Below are positions 59,049-64,000 of a DNA stretch of 64,000 nucleotides, one piece after another. Below the pieces are notes generated by a model that was not told where the DNA came from, searched no databases, and saw only the letters and a program-made list of their open reading frames with translations. This DNA is from an uncultured Mailhella sp. (GTDB lineage: Bacteria > Desulfobacterota > Desulfovibrionia > Desulfovibrionales > Desulfovibrionaceae). The stretch spans positions 35,837 to 99,836 of the forward strand of contig CAJJMX010000001.1 in assembly GCA_905192935.1 (NCBI GenBank), read 5' to 3'. Each line of letters begins with the position of its first letter. The first letter of the stretch is position 1. The position numbers and the translations under genes are program-made.

Positions 59049-59741
59049 ATGAGCAGACTGCTGCGTATCCTGTTCTGTGCCCTTCTCGCCCTCGGCCTTT
59101 TCGCTCAGGAATCCTCCGCCGCCGACGTTTCCGCCGCGGTGAACAAGATGCAGACCGCCTACGCCGGCATGCAGAGCTTCCGCGCCAACTTCACGCAGCA
59201 GCTTCTGCAGAGGGAAAGCGGCGTCGTGGAAAAAAGAAACGGCGTGCTTCTCTTCAAGAAGCCCCTCTTCGTACGCTGGGAAACCGCCGCGCCCCATGCC
59301 GAACTTCTCATGGTCACGGACAAGGAGATCTGGAACTATCTTCCCGACGAAGAGCTGGCCTACCGCTATTCCCGCGCCCTGGCCGAAGATTCCCGCTCCC
59401 TCATCCAGGTCATCACCGGCCAGAGCGCCCTTTCCCGCGACTTCGACGTGGAATCCGCACAGGATCCGTCGGACGGCGATCTCATTCATCTTCTGCTCTA
59501 TCCCAAGGAACCCACCACGGAACTCACCGAGGCACAGCTCTGGCTCGACCCCTCCACGTTTCTCATCCGCCGCGCCATGGTCATGGACTTCTACGGCAAC
59601 ACCAACACCATCGAGCTTCAGAACCTCACGCCCAATGCTTCGACCTCGGAAAAGGACTTTCAGTTCACGCCGCCCAGGGGCACGGAAGTGGAAGACCATG
59701 TGGAGGCCCAGCATCCCGTATCGAGGCCTCTTCTGAACTAG
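59049..59741 (+). CDS. lolA: Outer-membrane lipoprotein carrier LolA family
   Basis: Signal peptide, SFRANFTQ, KKP..RWE, FQFTPP; GAGGA RBS. Confidence 0.85.
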   Translation: MSRLLRILFCALLALGLFAQESSAADVSAAVNKMQTAYAGMQSFRANFTQQLLQRESGVVEKRNGVLLFKKPLFVRWETAAPHAELLMVTDKEIWNYLPDEELAYRYSRALAEDSRSLIQVITGQSALSRDFDVESAQDPSDGDLIHLLLYPKEPTTELTEAQLWLDPSTFLIRRAMVMDFYGNTNTIELQNLTPNASTSEKDFQFTPPRGTEVEDHVEAQHPVSRPLLN

Positions 59742-59986
59742 CCTCCGCCTGCTACGGGCAAAAAATTCCTGAAGCCCCGGCTCAGGAGTACTTCCCCGCG
59801 CGCTGCCGCCGCGTCTTCCGGCGGAAAGGCTTCGTAAAAAGGGAGAAAGAACGTCTTTTTCCCCCAAAAGGGCCGCGACCCATTTTTTCAATAATTTCAA
59901 GGAAGAGTCCCCGGCCTTCCCATAGAGCCGGCTCGTCTTTTCAGGACTGGACTATCCCGATAATTAAAGGTACATAGACTTTTCGC

Positions 59987-60913
59987 ATGGAACAGCAGCA
60001 CGGCATACTGGTACTGGACAAACCCAAGGGACTCAGCTCCGCACAGGCCATCTCCCGCATCAAAAGACTCGGGCAGAAAAAAATCGGCCATGCGGGCACC
60101 CTCGACCCCATGGCGACCGGCGTGCTGCTCGTGCTGCTCGGCAACGCCACCAAGCTCTCCGGCTATCTTCTGGAAGGCGGGGTGAAGACCTACGGCGGCA
60201 CGCTGCGTCTCGGCGTGACCACCGACACGTGGGACGCCGAAGGTACCGTGATTTCCGAGACGGCCCTGAGCGAAGAAGACCTTGCTCCGGGCTCCGAACT
60301 TGAACAGGCCGCACGACGTGAAGTGACGGCCTGGCTGGATGTGACGGAACAGCCCGTTCCGCCCTATTCCGCCGCAAAGCACCAGGGCCAGCCTCTGTAC
60401 AAGCTGGCCCGAGCCGGCATGGAAGTGCCGGTCAAGGTGAAAAGCATACATGTTTCGCACGCCTCTGTTCAATGGGTGAACATGCCGGACGTGCGATTCC
60501 GGGTAACGTGCAGTTCCGGTTCCTACATACGGTCCCTGGCCCACAGCTTGGGGATTCGACTCGGGTGCGGAGCCATGCTCACGGAACTGACCCGGGAATA
60601 CAGCCACCCGTTTGGCCTGGAAGTCGCCCACACGCTGGACGAAATCCTTGCCGAGCCCGAAAGGCTGCCGGAATGGATCATGCCCATCAGCGCCGCTCTG
60701 CCTGGCTGGAAAAACATTTCCGTCGACAAAAGGCAGGAAGCGCATCTGAAAAACGGCATGCCCGTTCCCCATCTTCCGGAATTCGGAACCTTCGAATCCG
60801 GAGAACGCGCCCTCATACTGGCGCAGGATGGCTCGCCTCTGGCTCTGGCAGAAGCCCGCATGGACAGGGATCGCCCTGTCTGGGCAGTGCTCCGGGGGCT
60901 TTTTACCCACTAA
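59987..60913 (+). CDS. truB: tRNA pseudouridine-55 synthase
   Basis: LDKPKG, GHAGTLDPMATGVL, PPYSA, CSSGSYIRSL. Confidence 0.96.
   Translation: MEQQHGILVLDKPKGLSSAQAISRIKRLGQKKIGHAGTLDPMATGVLLVLLGNATKLSGYLLEGGVKTYGGTLRLGVTTDTWDAEGTVISETALSEEDLAPGSELEQAARREVTAWLDVTEQPVPPYSAAKHQGQPLYKLARAGMEVPVKVKSIHVSHASVQWVNMPDVRFRVTCSSGSYIRSLAHSLGIRLGCGAMLTELTREYSHPFGLEVAHTLDEILAEPERLPEWIMPISAALPGWKNISVDKRQEAHLKNGMPVPHLPEFGTFESGERALILAQDGSPLALAEARMDRDRPVWAVLRGLFTH
60473..60630 (+). other. Predicted long nested RNA stem embedded in the truB CDS
   Basis: Six nested helices including G-U pairs; see findings. Confidence 0.5.
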
Positions 60914-60946
60914 CCTCTGGCAGATGCCAGAGAGGAGGATACCGCT

Positions 60947-61216
60947 GTGGCTATGGATTCCGCTCAGAAGCAGGCCGTTATCGCCCAGTTCGCCAAGCAC
61001 GAAGGCGACACCGGCTCCGCTGAAGTTCAGATCGCCCTTCTTACCGCCCGCATCAACGGCCTCGCCGGCCACTTCAAGGCCAACAAGAAGGACTTCCACT
61101 CCCGTACCGGCCTGCTCAAGCTGGTCGGCCAGCGTCGCAAGATGCTGAACTACCTGAAGAAGACCGACATTCAGAGCTACCGTGCCCTGATCGAAAAGCT
61201 CGGTCTGCGCAAGTAG
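60947..61216 (+). CDS. rpsO: 30S ribosomal protein S15
   Basis: [31 protein letters not shown]. Confidence 0.98.
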   Translation: MAMDSAQKQAVIAQFAKHEGDTGSAEVQIALLTARINGLAGHFKANKKDFHSRTGLLKLVGQRRKMLNYLKKTDIQSYRALIEKLGLRK

Positions 61217-61377
61217 TCGGAAACGATCCGGAAACAAGGGGGAGCGGGAGAGATTCCGCTCCCCCATCCTGCATGAAAGGGGATTTTCCCCTCAACCTCA
61301 ACGCGAGGAAGGAGCATCCGCGAACAGAGGCGAATACTTCGTCTTTCTTCACGGAGTCTCCTTCCAGGAGTAACCAT

Positions 61378-63618
61378 ATGGGTCTGCTCAACAGCACTCG
61401 TGTGTCCGCCACCGTGGGCGGCAAGGAAATCATTCTGGAGACGGGCCGCGTAGCCCGTCAGGCCAACGGCGCCATCTGGATCCAGTGCGGCGGCACCGTG
61501 GCTCTCGTCACCGTGTGTGAAGCCCAGCTCGAAACGCCCAAGGACTTCTTCCCCCTCACCGTGGAATATGCCGAGCGCATGTACGCCGCCGGCCGCATTC
61601 CCGGCAACTTCTTCCGCCGCGAAATAGGCCGCCCGAGCGATCATGAAACCCTCGTGGCCCGCCTCATCGACCGCCCCATCCGTCCGCTCTTCCCCAAGGG
61701 CTACGGCAATGAGGTGCAGGTCCTCGCCACCGTCATTTCCGCCGACGGCGAAAACGATCCCGACGTGCTCTGCATCACCGCCGCTTCCGCCGCCACCTGC
61801 ATTTCCAACATCCCCTTCGCGGGCCCCGTGGCCGGCGCGCGCCTCGGCCGCGTGGACGGCCAGTTCGTGCTGAACCCCACCAATGAGGAGCTCAAGCGCT
61901 CCGACATGGACATCGTGCTCGCCGCTTCCCGCGACGCCGTGGTCATGGTGGAAGGCGAAGCCAAGCTCGTCAAGGAACAGGACCTCATCGACGGTCTGAA
62001 CTGGGCCCACAAGGCCATTCAGCCCCTCATCGACGCCCAGGAAGAGCTCGTGAAGCTGGCCGGCAAGCCCAAGACCGAATTCATTCCCAAGCAGGACGAT
62101 CCCGAACTCTTCGCCTATGTGGAAGATCTCGCCATCAAGTCCGGCATGGAAGACGCCCTGCGCACGCCTGACAAGCTTCTCAGAAAGGATGCCCGCAAGG
62201 CCGTCAAGGACAAGGTGAAGGCCCTCATGGCCACCGACGAGCGCTATGCCGACGATCCCGTCGCCCAGGCCGCCATCGGTGAAGTGCTCGAGCATCTCGA
62301 AAAGAAGCTCGTGCGTCAGAGAGTCATCAACGAAGGCACCCGCATCGACAACCGCGACACCAAGACCGTGCGTCCCATCGAAATCGAGACCTCGGTCCTG
62401 CCCCGCGCCCACGGTTCCGTCATCTTTGCCCGCGGCGAGACCAAGACCATCGCCGTCACCACGCTCGGCAGCACCTCCGACGAACAGAAGGTCGACACCC
62501 TGAACGGCGACGAAACCAAGCGCTTCATGCTGCACTACAACTTCCCGCCCTTCACCGTGGGCGAAGTGAAGTCCGTGCGCGTGTCCCGCCGCGAAATCGG
62601 CCACGGTCACCTTGCCGAGCGCGCCCTCAAGGCCGTTCTGCCTTCTCCTGAAAGCTTCCCCTACACCATCCGCGTGGTGTCCGATACCGTGGAATCCAAC
62701 GGTTCCTCCTCCATGGCCGCCGTGTGCGGCGGCTGCCTGTCCCTCATGGACGCCGGCGTGCCGATCAGCGCTCCCGTGGCCGGCGTGGCCATGGGCCTCA
62801 TCAAGGACGGCGACACCTACACCGTTCTTACCGACATCCTCGGTGACGAGGACGCCCTCGGCGACATGGACTTCAAGATCGCCGGCACGGCCGAAGGCAT
62901 CAGCGCCATCCAGATGGACATCAAGATCAACGGCCTGCCCACCGAAGTCATGGCCCGCGCCATGGAACAGGCCCGCGTGGCCCGTCTGCACATTCTCGAC
63001 GTCATGGCCAAGGCCATGCCCGCCGTGCGCGAACTTTCCCCCTACGCTCCCCAGCATGAGGAAGTGTTCGTGAATCCCGAGATCATCCGCATGATCATCG
63101 GCCCCGGCGGCAAGAACATCAAGGCCATCACCAGCGCCACCGGCGCCGCCATCGACATCGAGGATTCCGGCCGCATCACCATCTTCGCGCCCACGCAGAA
63201 GTCCATGCAGGCCGCCAAGGAAATGGTGCTCTACTACGATCAGCACGCCGAACTCGGCAAGAACTACAACGCCAAGGTCAAGCGCATCCTTGAAATCGGC
63301 GCCATCGTGGAGATCCTGCCCAACCTCGAAGCCCTGGTGCACATCTCCCAGCTCGACATCAACCGTGTGGAAAAGACCGAAGACGTGGCTCACCTCGGTG
63401 AGGACATGGTGGTCAAGGTCATCGAAATCAACGGCGACCGCATCCGCGCCAGCCGCAAGGCCGTACTGCTCGAAGAACAGGGCATCGAATGGAAGCCCGA
63501 AGACACGGCCCGCCCCGCCCGCCGTGAACGCAGCGACGGTGAACGTCGCGAACGCCGCGGCGACCGTCGCGGTGAACATCGTGAACATCGTGAGCGTCGC
63601 GAACACAAGGAAGACTAA
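61378..63618 (+). CDS. pnp: Polyribonucleotide nucleotidyltransferase
   Basis: FFPLTVEY, RLIDRPIRP, RREIGHG, ESNGSSSMA, GDMDFK, KH and S1 domains. Confidence 0.98.
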   Translation: MGLLNSTRVSATVGGKEIILETGRVARQANGAIWIQCGGTVALVTVCEAQLETPKDFFPLTVEYAERMYAAGRIPGNFFRREIGRPSDHETLVARLIDRPIRPLFPKGYGNEVQVLATVISADGENDPDVLCITAASAATCISNIPFAGPVAGARLGRVDGQFVLNPTNEELKRSDMDIVLAASRDAVVMVEGEAKLVKEQDLIDGLNWAHKAIQPLIDAQEELVKLAGKPKTEFIPKQDDPELFAYVEDLAIKSGMEDALRTPDKLLRKDARKAVKDKVKALMATDERYADDPVAQAAIGEVLEHLEKKLVRQRVINEGTRIDNRDTKTVRPIEIETSVLPRAHGSVIFARGETKTIAVTTLGSTSDEQKVDTLNGDETKRFMLHYNFPPFTVGEVKSVRVSRREIGHGHLAERALKAVLPSPESFPYTIRVVSDTVESNGSSSMAAVCGGCLSLMDAGVPISAPVAGVAMGLIKDGDTYTVLTDILGDEDALGDMDFKIAGTAEGISAIQMDIKINGLPTEVMARAMEQARVARLHILDVMAKAMPAVRELSPYAPQHEEVFVNPEIIRMIIGPGGKNIKAITSATGAAIDIEDSGRITIFAPTQKSMQAAKEMVLYYDQHAELGKNYNAKVKRILEIGAIVEILPNLEALVHISQLDINRVEKTEDVAHLGEDMVVKVIEINGDRIRASRKAVLLEEQGIEWKPEDTARPARRERSDGERRERRGDRRGEHREHRERREHKED

Positions 63619-63660
63619 GCGCATGAGGGAGAAAGACTCTCCCGACGCGTTTTCATGATT

Positions 63661-63698
63661 CAAAAAGCCGCCGTTCTTTTGAGAACGGCGGCTTTTTG
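63661..63698. terminator. Bidirectional intrinsic terminator between pnp and a convergent SDR
   Basis: CAAAAAGCCGCCGTTCT-tttg-AGAACGGCGGCTTTTTG. Confidence 0.88.
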
Positions 63699-63778
63699 TC
63701 GGAAAGAATCCCCGGGAGCTCTTCTTTCCTGCCGGACAAGACAATGTCTCACGGATGGCAAACACATCCCCTCGGCCG

Positions 63779-64000
63779 TCAGGCCGGACGCCGACGCGAT
63801 TTCCTCAACTCTGGAACATCGGCAAAGACGGTTCCCGCATCGGCCTGTCCCACAGGCATGACCTCAAGATAGCTGACGTTCATGTTCGGAGGACAGTGCA
63901 CGATCCACCATATCGCTCCGGCAATGTCCCCGGCCGAAAGAGGCTGACTGCCGCTGTATTCCTTCTCGGCCTTCTCAGCGTCTCCCGCGTTGTGCACCAG
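63779..64000 (-). CDS. Short-chain dehydrogenase (YdfG-like), C-terminal fragment
   Basis: Y.G..PLSAGDIA.AIWW...PP.MNV..LEVMPVGQ matches the YdfG-type SDR C-terminus; truncated by the window end. Confidence 0.75.
   Translation of the reverse strand: MVHNAGDAEKAEKEYSGSQPLSAGDIAGAIWWIVHCPPNMNVSYLEVMPVGQADAGTVFADVPELRKSRRRPA

Noticed and set aside
60549..60566. GGGGATTCGACTC as part of a tRNA or tmRNA gene
   Set aside because: No cloverleaf or acceptor stem; lies in a conserved TruB coding motif. Kept only as part of the embedded-structure finding.

Overview
GC-rich bacterial chromosome segment. Gene content and order (rex next to a split F0 atp cluster, type III glutamine synthetase, sigma-54 two-component pair, dprA-xerC, truB-rpsO-pnp) suggest a Desulfovibrionaceae member, possibly a Mailhella/Bilophila-like gut lineage (inference). 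Most of the window is core housekeeping: atp F0, pur, lysC, priA, topA, pgi, parAB with two perfect parS sites, fmt/def/aspS/hisS, eno, pnp. An accessory block at about 39.9-52.1 kb holds a 1362-aa autotransporter, an extremely AT-rich spacer, an orphan sigma-54-like promoter, and a LysR regulator divergent from an SLC13/DASS transporter plus two tandem Fe-S flavoenzyme (Old Yellow Enzyme-fold) reductases. In both reductases the usual catalytic Tyr is Trp and the Fe-S loop is long. This module, with its structured leader, is the best candidate for an undescribed system. Other notable signals are a ~160-nt nested RNA rod inside the truB coding sequence, an in-frame internal start in lysC (beta subunit), and parS sites abutting the parA promoter. 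No tRNA, rRNA, CRISPR array or transposase was recognised. Start codons were adjusted by eye using RBS position.
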